Notes: generated from the letters alone by a model not told the origin. Shown: positions 1-10,164, numbered from the stretch's first letter. The stretch is DNA of 56,937 nt from an uncultured virus (IMG/VR IMGVR_UViG_3300035188_001352) (IMGVR_UViG_3300035188_001352:62001-118937); one strand, 5' to 3'. Numbers and translations are program-made.

Positions 1-277
1 CATTTGTTCTCGGGTCAATCCTTTTGGAACAGTGAAAGAAGGTTCTTTTATTATCTGTTCAATCTCAGCTTGCCAATTTGCAGTCTCTACTAAGAATTCT
101 TCAGCTGAAGCACCTGGCTTATGGGCCATCATGCCAAGAGCTTCATATGTTTTTATTTGTTCTTCAGTCATCAGTTCAGTCATGTCTGCTTCTCCTTAAT
201 TTTGAGATATTATACCTTTTATATATGTTATTGTATACAATATCTTCACGTAACTGATAACTGGTTATCACTTTATT

Positions 278-316
278 TGGAAGCGAGTGTAGGAATCGAA
301 CCTACCTAGACGAGCT
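278..316 (-). pseudogene. Orphan 3' half of a tRNA (Met-like body)
   Basis: Minus strand reads A-GCTCG-TCTAG-GTAGG-TTCGATT-CCTAC-ACTCGCT-T-CCA (anticodon-stem 3' strand, T arm, acceptor, CCA). No D arm or 5' half upstream. Confidence 0.8.
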
Positions 317-334
317 ACACAGGCATTAAACTTT

Positions 335-342
335 TATAAATA
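335..342 (+). promoter_or_regulatory. T4-type late promoter TATAAATA upstream of endonuclease
   Basis: Exact TATAAATA, followed by a hairpin-forming leader and the ORF at 428. Confidence 0.7.
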
Positions 343-427
343 GGTTAGCTGGTATTTACGAGATATCAGCAACCTGAGCTAGAGTTTCAGGCTGTCCCTA
401 TACATTTATTTATGCTAGAGAAAAAAC

Positions 428-1219
428 ATGAAAAACTTTAAATATTCAACCAAATGTTCTTGTATTATATGTAATCAAGAAACTACTACGCAAAGTTTAA
501 ATAAACATTACGAAAGTCATTTAAAACCAATTATTACTAAGACTTGTCCTAAATGTAAATCTATTCATTCTAATCATGGAATCTTTTGTTCTAGAATTTG
601 CGCAAATTCTAGAACACCTTCAGAATTAACTAAACAAAAAACTGCAAATACTTTAAAAGAAATCTTTTCGGTTAATCCACCAATTAAAAAATATCCAGAG
701 TACACACCAATATCTTTTTGCACTAACTGTTCAAAACTTTTTATTGGATTGAAATCCACATGCTCCCAAGAATGTTTAACGGCAAGACTACAGTCAGCCG
801 GCAAAAAATCAGCTTCAGTTCAAATCAAACGCTCAAGAGATGAAATTACTCTATATGAGCTATGTAAATCTTATTTTTCTAATGTTGAACATAATCAACC
901 AATTTTTGAGGGTTGGGATGCTGACATTATTATTCATGATATCAAAACTGCTATTCTCTGGAATGGCCCATGGCATTATAAAGATTTAGGTTTTAACAAT
1001 CATTCACTCAAACAAGTTCAAAATAGGGATAAACTAAAAATAAATATCATCAACAAAATGGGATGGAAATCTTTAGTCTTTGAAGATCGTTATTATACTC
1101 CAAAACAAGCTTTTAGTTTTTTAATTTCTCAAATATCTCAAATATCTAAAGAAGCGGGTGCTGGATTCGAACACAGCGTCCACGAGGGTTATGAGCCCTG
1201 TAATCTACCACTGATATAA
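428..1219 (+). CDS. Putative free-standing homing endonuclease (Zn-finger N-terminus, Vsr/DUF559-like PD-(D/E)XK domain)
   Basis: Several CxxC motifs and FCSRIC; WDADIII...AILWNGPWHY...RDKLK; C-terminus overlaps tRNA-Met antisense. Confidence 0.7.
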   Translation: MKNFKYSTKCSCIICNQETTTQSLNKHYESHLKPIITKTCPKCKSIHSNHGIFCSRICANSRTPSELTKQKTANTLKEIFSVNPPIKKYPEYTPISFCTNCSKLFIGLKSTCSQECLTARLQSAGKKSASVQIKRSRDEITLYELCKSYFSNVEHNQPIFEGWDADIIIHDIKTAILWNGPWHYKDLGFNNHSLKQVQNRDKLKINIINKMGWKSLVFEDRYYTPKQAFSFLISQISQISKEAGAGFEHSVHEGYEPCNLPLI

Positions 1220-1225
1220 CCCGCA
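1152..1225 (-). tRNA. tRNA-Met(CAT), initiator-like
   Basis: Cloverleaf with CT-CAT-AA loop, GGG/CCC anticodon stem and 1:72 mismatch; no encoded CCA; bulges in T and anticodon stems. Confidence 0.8.
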
Positions 1226-1246
1226 TTTTTATTTAAAAGGTTTTAT

Positions 1247-1318
1247 CTCCGGGGCAGGGAATCGAACCCCGCTCACACGGTTTAACAGACCGGCCGCACA
1301 CCTTGTGCGTTCCCCGGA
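1247..1318 (-). tRNA. tRNA-Asn(GTT)
   Basis: CT-GTT-AA loop and TTCGATT T-loop; acceptor stem extended by flanking inverted repeat AGGTTTTATC/GATAAAACCT. Confidence 0.85.
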
Positions 1319-1385
1319 GATAAAACCTCTTCTTTATCAATTTTGTTAGAACTATTATACACCAAAAATTTGTCAGTGTAAATAT

Positions 1386-1610
1386 TTATTTATACTTTTT
1401 ACTAAATTTATTTCTGTAGTACTTCAATGTTGCTTTTGGATGTAAAAGTATTCCACCGATTGTAGCAATAGCCAACATTGGAAATGCTAATACCCACTTG
1501 TACCAAGGTGTTGGCTTACCGTTAGAATGTTTACGACCTATGTTCTTAGCGAAATCTACCACACTTGCTAATGTCCATACAAGTATAACAATTATTACCA
1601 AAGAAATCAT
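1386..1610 (-). CDS. Small membrane protein
   Basis: Two hydrophobic segments; abuts the panD stop. Confidence 0.6.
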   Translation of the reverse strand: MISLVIIVILVWTLASVVDFAKNIGRKHSNGKPTPWYKWVLAFPMLAIATIGGILLHPKATLKYYRNKFSKKYK

Positions 1611-1954
1611 TATGATTCTACCTTCAGGTTTTTATCATCAACAAAAACTACTTTTGGTCGAAACTCGTCAGTTCGTTTGACTTGTCCATACGCACAAATG
1701 ATAATCAAATCATTCACCATTCCAAGTCGTGCAGCAGAACCATTCAATGCTATCATACCAGGAACTTCACTTGGAATAGCATATGTAATGAATCGCTCAC
1801 CATTGTTGATGTTGTATATATGGATTTGTTCATGCTCTTCAATACCACTTGAATACATCAAGTCTTTATCAATTGAGCATGAACCATGGTAATCCAAGTT
1901 AGCTTCGATTACTGTAGCTCGATGGATTTTAGACTTCAATACAGTAATTAGCAT
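1610..1954 (-). CDS. panD: Aspartate 1-decarboxylase
   Basis: KSKIHRATV...Y-x-GS self-cleavage site, NGERF-x-TY, LNGSAAR motifs. Confidence 0.95.
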   Translation of the reverse strand: MLITVLKSKIHRATVIEANLDYHGSCSIDKDLMYSSGIEEHEQIHIYNINNGERFITYAIPSEVPGMIALNGSAARLGMVNDLIIICAYGQVKRTDEFRPKVVFVDDKNLKVES

Positions 1955-1976
1955 ATGTTATGTTTAGAGAGTTTCA

Positions 1977-2498
1977 TTATTGAGTGTATTTTTCATATGC
2001 CAAGATTTTTTCTTTAGTAATTGGTTTACTAGAAACTACATAAACCGTATCTCCAGACCAAGTAAAAGTTTTCCATTGATAATTTAGCTTAGATGCCATT
2101 TTTTTTGCAACTCGCAAATATAAAGATGTTCGTTTCAATAATTCTTTATTTGAGGATGAATGTATTTGTTTAGCACTAAAATACCATGTATCAATTTCTT
2201 TATCATTTTGACAAATATCAATCACTGTTGCTAAAATTCCGCTAACACCATCTGCATTGAACTTATTGATTGCTTTGAAACCTGCTTCATCCGAAAAAAA
2301 GCTAACTTCTGCAATTTTTTCTTTATCCATTGGAATTACTTGAGTAGCTACAATAAGTATTGGATTTGATTTTATTTCATACCATTTAGCAACAATATCT
2401 TTATAAGATTTTGTTTCAATCAGTTCATAATCTAAAGGTTGAGATAAACTTTCATCTAAAGTCAAATCTCCAAAATGATAGACTTCTTTTAACTTCAT
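1977..2498 (-). CDS. Hypothetical protein, putative capsid-targeted internal protein
   Basis: N-terminal MKLKEV...LDE leader; C-terminal pattern similar to 32894..33529. Confidence 0.55.
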   Translation of the reverse strand: MKLKEVYHFGDLTLDESLSQPLDYELIETKSYKDIVAKWYEIKSNPILIVATQVIPMDKEKIAEVSFFSDEAGFKAINKFNADGVSGILATVIDICQNDKEIDTWYFSAKQIHSSSNKELLKRTSLYLRVAKKMASKLNYQWKTFTWSGDTVYVVSSKPITKEKILAYEKYTQ

Positions 2499-2980
2499 AT
2501 TGTTTCAGTAGAAGTATCTTTTGATGCACCACTAGTTTTTACTTCTTTACCAATCTGGCTATACTTCGCATGATGAGCTGCTTCACGAATTGCAGTAATC
2601 ATCAGCTTTCTCCAGACTTTGTCAGTTGAAGAACTAACCTGTTTTGGTATCTTCACTTTGACTTGAGGTTTAGCTTTCTTTACTACTTTTTCTTGTACTG
2701 CTGGTTTTTTTGCTGCCACTTTTTGATTCCCCTATTTAGGATGATTTATTAAAACTGCCCAACTTGAACCACGCGGTTCTGTTTCAAACCCACATTCTTT
2801 TAGTTGTCCTCGCAACCATTCAGCCACTTCTTCTTGTGACTTACCAAGAAACCATGGATTATTTTGCACTGTCATTGCAACTTCAAACATGATATCAATT
2901 AGTTGTTGTTCATTATTCGTTTTACCTCGTCCAACTGAACCACTATTTGCTACACCCATAATGTTATTCCTCGTTATTCT

Positions 2981-3169
2981 CTATCCAAGCAAGATTTGCT
3001 GTTCATTTACCGTTTCTGATAATGCTAATGTCGAAATGCTTACTACATCTTCTTTCAATGTAGAACCATCAAACCATTGAACTCTGACTAAGGTTCCCAT
3101 GACTTCTTTTACTGTCATTGAAGGACCACCTGATTTCAATCTTACTGTACTACCTACTGATGTGCTCAT
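2981..3169 (-). CDS. YodC/DUF2158-like small protein
   Basis: VGSTVRLKSGGPSMTV...VQWF motif; start re-assigned to MSTSVG after a GGAG RBS. Confidence 0.75.
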   Translation of the reverse strand: MSTSVGSTVRLKSGGPSMTVKEVMGTLVRVQWFDGSTLKEDVVSISTLALSETVNEQQILLG

Positions 3170-5439
3170 ATTATACTCCATTTTTGATTTTATAGTATCA
3201 TTATTTATAGAGCACTGGATAGCCATCAAATTCAACAGGATAGTCATCTCTAATGAACGAGAGCCCCTCTACAATCAAACCGAATCGACGATGATGGGTA
3301 ACCCTAAACTTTTCGTAGACGAGACACTCGTGCTTTAGCTTGTTTCTTAGACGAACTCGTAAGCCTTTGACTGGAGTTCGTACCGTGTCTTCAACACTCA
3401 TGCAAACTTATAGAACTGACCTTTGTTGAAATATCCAGTCATATCTTCATTGTAATGAATGACTGACCCATCATCTTTGTGGTAATCAATAGGCTCATAT
3501 CCAAAGAAAAGTTCCCGTTTAGCTTGACAATTTTTCCGCTTACCGACAATTCCAATGATTTCAATAACGTAATTGCTCAATACTTCTATTGACAAAATTT
3601 TCTCAAAGTTCTTCAATGAAGTTGATTTGAAGCTTCGTATCATTTCAAATCCCCACGTGTGTATATCTCTATGGACTTCTGACGGATTTCATCTGAGATG
3701 TCAGTTCTTCTCATCGCATCTTTGAAGCCACGACGATGACGAGCTTTATCTGCATAACGGGAAGGAGAACCCATCTTGTCGTACCAACGAAGTAATTCGC
3801 GGCAAGCTGGACCTACTTCAAGTCGGGTCTTTACGAAAGACTCATCATGAATAGTGACACCATCAGGTTTGAACAAACGAATGCCATAACCTTTACCAAG
3901 GAATGTGACCTTTATCATAGGGTCGTTTTGTGTGAATGACATGTTATGCTCCTTGTTCAAATGGATAGTATGTAAAGCCATCTATTGTTGTAATTTCAGT
4001 AGAGACTAAACGCCATCCGTATTTAGCCATGGCTGAAGTCATTTGATGAGAACACATACCATAACGGTTTGCTGCTTTTGCAAGTTCATCGCAACCATCT
4101 TCAATCCCGCCACAGATAATGACATCAACTGCTTCACGAGTCATACTTTTATCGACATACGGGTCAACAAAAAATCCGATGAAGTCATCTTCGTAGTATT
4201 CAAAACCAGCAAAAACTTTCATATCATCTCTCTCTACTCAATTTTGTCTATTCTATACTACTTTTCGGACGATGTAAACTGTTCATCCCATCTTTTTAGA
4301 GCATCCATAACTAATAGTTCTGGGACGACTTGATTGCTATGTTTGCCAGTTGTTGCATGAGCCATCACTCGAATAGCACACCAATAGACAAGTCGCTTTG
4401 GAAGTATCCACGCAAAGCCGATTATCATTTGTTCCCATTGACGAGACATTGAGTATTTGAAGTATTTGAAATTGTTCATTATTGAGTTAGAGTAAGAGTG
4501 AAAGGAGAGATGTCATAAATGAGCTTCCAGCCAAAGCAGACTAATATGAATATGAACCAGACCCCAATCTTATCCCATATAGTATTAGGAATACCACCAA
4601 AGCTGGTATATTGACCCAAATCATGCCATGCATAAACAATCCAAACGGCTGATACCAATAGCATGATGATGACTAAAATTGCCCAACCAAAAGCTGCTAA
4701 CATTATCTTACTCCGAAGTGTTGTCTAACGTCATTGAGCGTATGGCCGTGTTGTTCGATTTGATTGCCACATTCATCAATGATTAGTTTGACAAGTTCAT
4801 ACAACTTGTCTCGAAAGAAACCATCATATTCACATTCGATTTCTTTGAGATTGATATCAGCTTCAATTAGTAATTCTGCCAAGTTATGTTGAAGCTTCGT
4901 CTTTTCCCAATGGGTTATCTCGAATGTGTCAACGTTATGAGGAATGTTGAAGCTTACCCAAATCCCACCATCGCTATTAGCTCCAAAACCCCCAGCACTA
5001 TAACCACATTCAATACAAGCCGGAGTGCTCCAACCTTTAGTATGATGAGTTAGGACCGATTTGATATGTTTGGAGCCACAAGCCGGGCAGATATTTCGGT
5101 CCATTGCTTGTACATAGGTAATCGTTTTTGTAACTTTAGTTGCCATTCGTTAGGTCCTTGTATTTAGCTTGGAGTTGTGCCAACAATTCAAGCTCTTCAC
5201 GTTTAGTTTTTTCATAGCATTCAATCCGTTTAGCTTCTTCTTCAGGAGTTTCAGGTCGAATACCATAAATCACAATATCGCTGTCAATCGCTTCACATTG
5301 AATGTCACTTACACCAACATCATTATAAGCTTGATGTATTTGAAGTAATTCTTGTATTGCATACAAAAGAGATTCACTAAACAAATCTCTCGGGTCGTAT
5401 GTAGCTAAACGTACTTTCTTTGTTTGAGTGCTCATATTC

Positions 5440-6429
5440 TTATACCATTGCTAATGCTTGTTGAAAAGCTCTGTCTTTCATTTTGCCATACACACTGAAT
5501 TCTGAGTCCCAGAACTGATGCGAGGTGTCACGTTTGCCAGTGCCATGGGTGTACTGTTGAGTGATTGCATTGACCACACCCCAAAGAGTACCAGTCGCCA
5601 TATCAGCACCCATACCTTGACCTTTGTACAAGTCCATCAAGTTATCGATTTTACGTTCTTGAACTTTAGTCAAAGGTTCAGTAGGTTTGTCGAATACGAC
5701 TTTACTCAAGAAGTTGTATGCTTTCTTGTCAGTCACTTTAGTAGCAGACAATTTGCGAACATCTTGGATAAATTGCAACCATGCACCATCCATCAAACCA
5801 AGTTCAACTTTGACAGTATCAGGGTCCCATTCGGAACGATGTGATACTTGAACAACGTTTCTTGTGCCTTTTTCAGCCATTGCAATGTTCAACGTATTGT
5901 TGCAGACTACACGAGTTGAAACGAACTTACCGACAGTTTTCATACTGCCATCGACAGCAGTAGTCAGCATCAAGTGACCTGTCACTTTATCGCCAGAGAC
6001 TACTTCGAAGTCTTTACCAAGTTCAGCAAGAGCCCAGAACTTACGGCCACCAAACAATGAACCAGCAGTTGAAAGCTTCATGTTGTTCTTTTCGACCAGG
6101 TCACGAAAGAACTCAACTACTTGACGAGGTTGAACTACTTTGAAATCTTTACCAACTACAGCCAATGAGTCTTTAGTATCAGAACGATACAAGACTTTGC
6201 GGTCAGCCATCGTTTTGATTGAAGGTATGAACAGATTGGCAGATGTTCCTGGGATTGTGTATTGCACTTCAGCAGGCACTACATCCCAGTCCAAACCGGC
6301 CGATACAATCCAATCATCAACTGATGCATCTTGCTGAAGTTCAGTTCCAAGACCGTGCCAAACTTTATCACGACTTCCAGTGAAAGCCATATTTGCACGG
6401 TTGTTGCTCATGTCGATTTCGTGTGCCAT
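5440..6429 (-). CDS. DUF932-family phage/plasmid protein
   Basis: MAHEI...WHGLG, AGLDW, TAGSLFGGRKFW, RVVCNNTL, GTLWGVVNA motifs. Confidence 0.85.
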   Translation of the reverse strand: MAHEIDMSNNRANMAFTGSRDKVWHGLGTELQQDASVDDWIVSAGLDWDVVPAEVQYTIPGTSANLFIPSIKTMADRKVLYRSDTKDSLAVVGKDFKVVQPRQVVEFFRDLVEKNNMKLSTAGSLFGGRKFWALAELGKDFEVVSGDKVTGHLMLTTAVDGSMKTVGKFVSTRVVCNNTLNIAMAEKGTRNVVQVSHRSEWDPDTVKVELGLMDGAWLQFIQDVRKLSATKVTDKKAYNFLSKVVFDKPTEPLTKVQERKIDNLMDLYKGQGMGADMATGTLWGVVNAITQQYTHGTGKRDTSHQFWDSEFSVYGKMKDRAFQQALAMV

Positions 6430-6445
6430 CTGAGTTCTCCTCGTT

Positions 6446-6501
6446 GTGTTTGTTTGAATGTATGGGTCTATTATACTAAGAACTTCCTACTTTGTAAACG
6501 G
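6446..6501 (-). promoter_or_regulatory. Repeated early promoter/leader (GTTTAC-~17-TATAAT-AGACCCATA..TTCAAACA)
   Basis: Similar copies near 8017-8066, 11114-11182, 16764-16832, 29537-29591 and 35790-35836; promoter-only copies near 18251, 25290, 30600, 32060 and 37767(+). Confidence 0.8.
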
Positions 6502-7047
6502 TCTTTTCTTAGAAAATGTGACCGGCGTAACAGAAACAAGTTCATCTCCATGATATTCATGGATTTCCCATTCCCACTCATCATCTCGTTTATGAGTGGG
6601 GATTTTTGATTTTGCTATTTTTTCATTTTTGTATCGAGGTCTATAATCATGACCTCTATTCTCATTCACGGTAGCATCTGGGTTATCGCCATCTTGTCTA
6701 TGGTGTCCACACCAACTTTTGTTAGCTTTAGAATATGCAGTAAAACTTACCTTTTTTGGACGAGGGTCTTCAATTTGACCAGACTTGATATCGTATTCAA
6801 GACGTTCCATACAATGCACAAACACTTCAGGATGAGCTTTTGTCAATCCGACAAAATCATCTATCTTCTTAGTACTCCAACGCATACTAGCATCTTCAGA
6901 TATCAAGATGAATGGTTCTACTGATACACAAATAGCATGTGTAAAACATTCAGCACCAGAAAACAACTTATTCATGGTATTGCCATCACGGGCAATAACG
7001 ATATCGCCTATGTTCATATTATGCTCCAAATCTCTCAGTGTATGCAT
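6487..7047 (-). CDS. Hypothetical protein
   Basis: ORF track; C-terminus resembles 7747..8001 (IP-x-x-KR...EWEW/EYEW). Confidence 0.6.
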   Translation of the reverse strand: MHTLRDLEHNMNIGDIVIARDGNTMNKLFSGAECFTHAICVSVEPFILISEDASMRWSTKKIDDFVGLTKAHPEVFVHCMERLEYDIKSGQIEDPRPKKVSFTAYSKANKSWCGHHRQDGDNPDATVNENRGHDYRPRYKNEKIAKSKIPTHKRDDEWEWEIHEYHGDELVSVTPVTFSKKRPFTK

Positions 7048-8103
7048 TTAGACATTTATCTGCAATCTCAGTAGCACCATAAGAAGTAGTATCAGATTTC
7101 GCAATCGATGCCAGCCAAGCTCGCATCCAAACTTCTCTTAGTTCAGCTTGTATTGCTGCGTGTTGGTCTCGTTGCATTTCTTGTTGAAAGCTCATTATTC
7201 ATCCTCCGGAAATTCAATACGTTGATATTCACCAGTTTCATCATTCTTTTTCCAAACAGGTTTGTTCAAGTCATGAAAAATCCAACCAAAACAAAATCCC
7301 AAACCCCAAAGAAGTAATGATACACCAAAAACTTCATTTCCAAATATTGCAAATAACCCGCATACTACGATAAACAGAACGCCATACAACATAACTTTGG
7401 CACCATCATTTAGACGATTCCAAACATGCTTGAGTGAAGGTTCTTTCCAGAAAGGTTTATCAGTTCTCATCGTAGTAACTCCTATTGGTCTTCGAAGATT
7501 TCATCAATTTCTTCGCTATCAACATTCATGTCCCAGAAGAATGCAAAGAACTTGCGAATGTTTTCTTCGGTGCCTTTGAATGTGACATCTGGAATACAGG
7601 ATGGGCAATCATTGCTAATCCCAAGAACTTCCAAATTTAGTTCTTCGAGCTTGTCTTTGACTTCGGTATCTTCTACACATTTAAAAGACCAAGTGATTGT
7701 TTTGATTTCGTTTGTGTTGTCAGTCATCGTAGGTTCCTCTGTGAAATTATTTTGAAAAAACTATTGGAGTTTCTGAAACATAATCTTCATTTTCAAATTC
7801 TTGCATAACCCATTCATATTCATTTTTTCTTTTTGAACGAGGTATAAGGTCTTTAGCTTCTTTAGGTAAAACTTGATAAAGACGTTTTCTATCAAGTTTA
7901 GGACAGATATTATCTACATAATGAATGTATCTTGTTTCACCATCTTGTAAAGCAGCATAAGCATCAAGAACTTTTGAATATGCAATGTATCTGATAATCA
8001 TCTCAAGTTCTCCATACGTTTGTTTGAATATGGGTCTATTATATAACATCCAAAGTAGATGTAAATAGACCCAACATCAAAAAGTGATACCTACTTCACA
8101 AAT

Positions 8104-8742
8104 TTACTCATAACCCGTTTTTTCTTTATAAGCATTATCAATCCTTTCTTGAATTTCATGCCATTTGATTTTTGATTGTTGAGCTTCTTGTTCCTGTTCT
8201 TCCTTACGACGCCGAGCTTTCATTGTATTCAGAACAATGAACACCGCATCATCGTCGCCTTGAACTAGCACCTTACGTAAGTATTCATATAGGCGATAAT
8301 ACCATTTGCTTTTAGGACCATAACGATAACATAAAGAGAAAACTAAGTTTGCTGGTTCTGACATTGGTTGAACCCCAACAATATCTGAAGCAATTAGCTT
8401 GCTAATACCCATTCCTCGAACTAATGCAACCATTTCTGCTGATATACTAGATGAAAATCTAATGATATCCCTATGTCCATCGAGATTAGATTTTTGACGA
8501 TACACTGCATCTCGTTCATCATACAGTTTGGCTAGCATATCCTCATACTTAGGATGCAACCATTTTGGAGTAAATTTGATGCCATATACTTCAACGAGTG
8601 AAGCACCTGGAACTTTATAAACTTGGGTCTTTATACAATTAAGCCAAGTGTCTTTGTTGATATACCAACCAGCATTGATAAACTCTCGATGAAGTTCTTT
8701 GCCATTGGCATCATATGATATTGCGTATGAAGGTAAGCTCAT
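8104..8742 (-). CDS. Protein containing a gp23 (Gol-peptide-like) capsid segment
   Basis: MVALVRGMGISKLIASDIVGVQPMSEPANLVFSL resembles this phage's capsid segment IIPMIRRIIPGTIATELVGIQPMSGPVSLAYSL. Confidence 0.7.
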   Translation of the reverse strand: MSLPSYAISYDANGKELHREFINAGWYINKDTWLNCIKTQVYKVPGASLVEVYGIKFTPKWLHPKYEDMLAKLYDERDAVYRQKSNLDGHRDIIRFSSSISAEMVALVRGMGISKLIASDIVGVQPMSEPANLVFSLCYRYGPKSKWYYRLYEYLRKVLVQGDDDAVFIVLNTMKARRRKEEQEQEAQQSKIKWHEIQERIDNAYKEKTGYE

Positions 8743-8959
8743 TGTTCTTGCGTCCAGTATAATCCACAGTCAGGGCATTTATGAACGGTCCAATAACAAT
8801 CTTGGGTCGGGTCATAATTGCCAGTATTTGCTTTATGAGAAATAGTTTGATTAGGATGAGTGCAAGTATGTTGAAGTTCTTCTAATGCCTTATCCCATTT
8901 TTTGATATTCTTTTGAATGCAAGTATGCTCTTTCTTTACTTCTTCAGGAGACAGTGTCA

Positions 8960-9325
8960 TTATTTTTCCTTTACCAAATGGACATATACTTTGAGCCCTT
9001 TCTTTTCGGCGATTGATATCATATGTTTTGTACCAGGACTTTTACCATCCCACAGAGCTATGAGTGCATCTGCATGGTTAGCCATTTCTACATTACGTTT
9101 GATACCTGCAGCTTTATCATACACACCAGGAGATGGTCGCCATTTAGCAGGAAATTCTTTGAGTGGGATATCAAACTCTTTAGCAAACCTTTCACCTAAA
9201 GTATCAACACCTTTAGCTTTACCAGATACTACTTCAGAGATATCATCAAAATTGGAGAACAAAATTGCTCTACATAGTTCTTCATAATCGGTAATATTTT
9301 GAGAACCAGCAATAATAACTTTCAT
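8960..9325 (-). CDS. YspA/SLOG (DUF2493-like) protein
   Basis: MKVIIAGS, VVSGKAKGVDTLGE, AGIKRNVEM, WDGKSPGTKHMI. Confidence 0.85.
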   Translation of the reverse strand: MKVIIAGSQNITDYEELCRAILFSNFDDISEVVSGKAKGVDTLGERFAKEFDIPLKEFPAKWRPSPGVYDKAAGIKRNVEMANHADALIALWDGKSPGTKHMISIAEKKGLKVYVHLVKEK

Positions 9326-9489
9326 TCTTCTTGTTCAAGCTCAGGGAAAAGTTCAGGTAGTACATCAAGACATTTTTGACAATACTCGCCAATATGAAGT
9401 CGCACTTTGATTTCTTCTAAAGTTTGACCTTCATATAGGCAAGTTTCAATATCTTCTTCGGATACTTTATTACAAATACAAACTATCAT
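9322..9489 (-). CDS. bfd: Bfd-like [2Fe-2S] ferredoxin (55 aa, not in ORF track)
   Basis: Hand translation MIVCICNKVSEEDIETCL...IGEYCQKCL; CxC...CxxC spacing. Confidence 0.75.
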   Translation of the reverse strand: MIVCICNKVSEEDIETCLYEGQTLEEIKVRLHIGEYCQKCLDVLPELFPELEQEE

Positions 9490-9501
9490 TTTTGATAATG
9501 C

Positions 9502-10089
9502 TTAGAAGGCAATAGGAGGAATAGGTTCTCCTAGCAAAACACACTTTGGAATGTCAGGAGGCAATATGATTTCAATGACTTTTTCTTCTGTCATATTTTT
9601 ATATATTTCCATCCATAATTGACCAAGAACATTTTGACCGATTTGAACAGTTGGTGCTTCTTTGTTATCAGGAACAGTTCCCCAAAATCTATCTTTATGT
9701 GAATACTCAACAATGTCACGACCACGAGTTTCTTTCAAAACTTTTGACAATCTTACAAAGTTTGATGCGTACTTCAATTGCAAACACCATCTCATGATAT
9801 CAATCCGAACATCTTCGAAATCAGAACGAGTATGAGTAGCACGATAATGATTAGCTCTCATCTTAGCACCCATGCCACTTTTGATATCTAAGATTTCTTT
9901 TTGAACCTCAGGATAGTCTGGAAATCTCATAGCTTGATAAAGACCTTCAGAATTGAAGATTCTCTTACTATTGTAAGGAAGAACGAATTCGAATCCACCT
10001 GTCATATTTCCGAACTCACCCCATTTTTCTTTGGCTTTGGAAAACAGACAGACGTTTGATGGAACATAATGCTTAGTATCTAAGTTCAT
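9502..10089 (-). CDS. NADAR-domain protein
   Basis: SEGLYQAMRF, MRWCLQLK, L-x-ET...IVE-x-S-x-KDRFWG, GQNVLGQLWME. Confidence 0.85.
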   Translation of the reverse strand: MNLDTKHYVPSNVCLFSKAKEKWGEFGNMTGGFEFVLPYNSKRIFNSEGLYQAMRFPDYPEVQKEILDIKSGMGAKMRANHYRATHTRSDFEDVRIDIMRWCLQLKYASNFVRLSKVLKETRGRDIVEYSHKDRFWGTVPDNKEAPTVQIGQNVLGQLWMEIYKNMTEEKVIEIILPPDIPKCVLLGEPIPPIAF

Positions 10090-10164
10090 AATCTTACCTC
10101 TCCTATAATCAACTCAACAATAAAAGACTATTATACTCTACTTCAAGCTCTATGTAAATAGACG

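Noticed and set aside
121..309. Short ORF-track calls overlapping RNA genes (also 10283..10549, 17612..17854, 17758..17952, 18241..18601, 27687..27887)
   Set aside because: They overlap tRNA/ncRNA genes or are antisense shadows without an RBS; probably spurious.
278..1225. Group I intron with homing endonuclease inside one tRNA-Met
   Set aside because: The upstream tRNA is already complete, its anticodon stem cannot pair with the orphan half, the ORF is antisense, and no intron core is recognisable.
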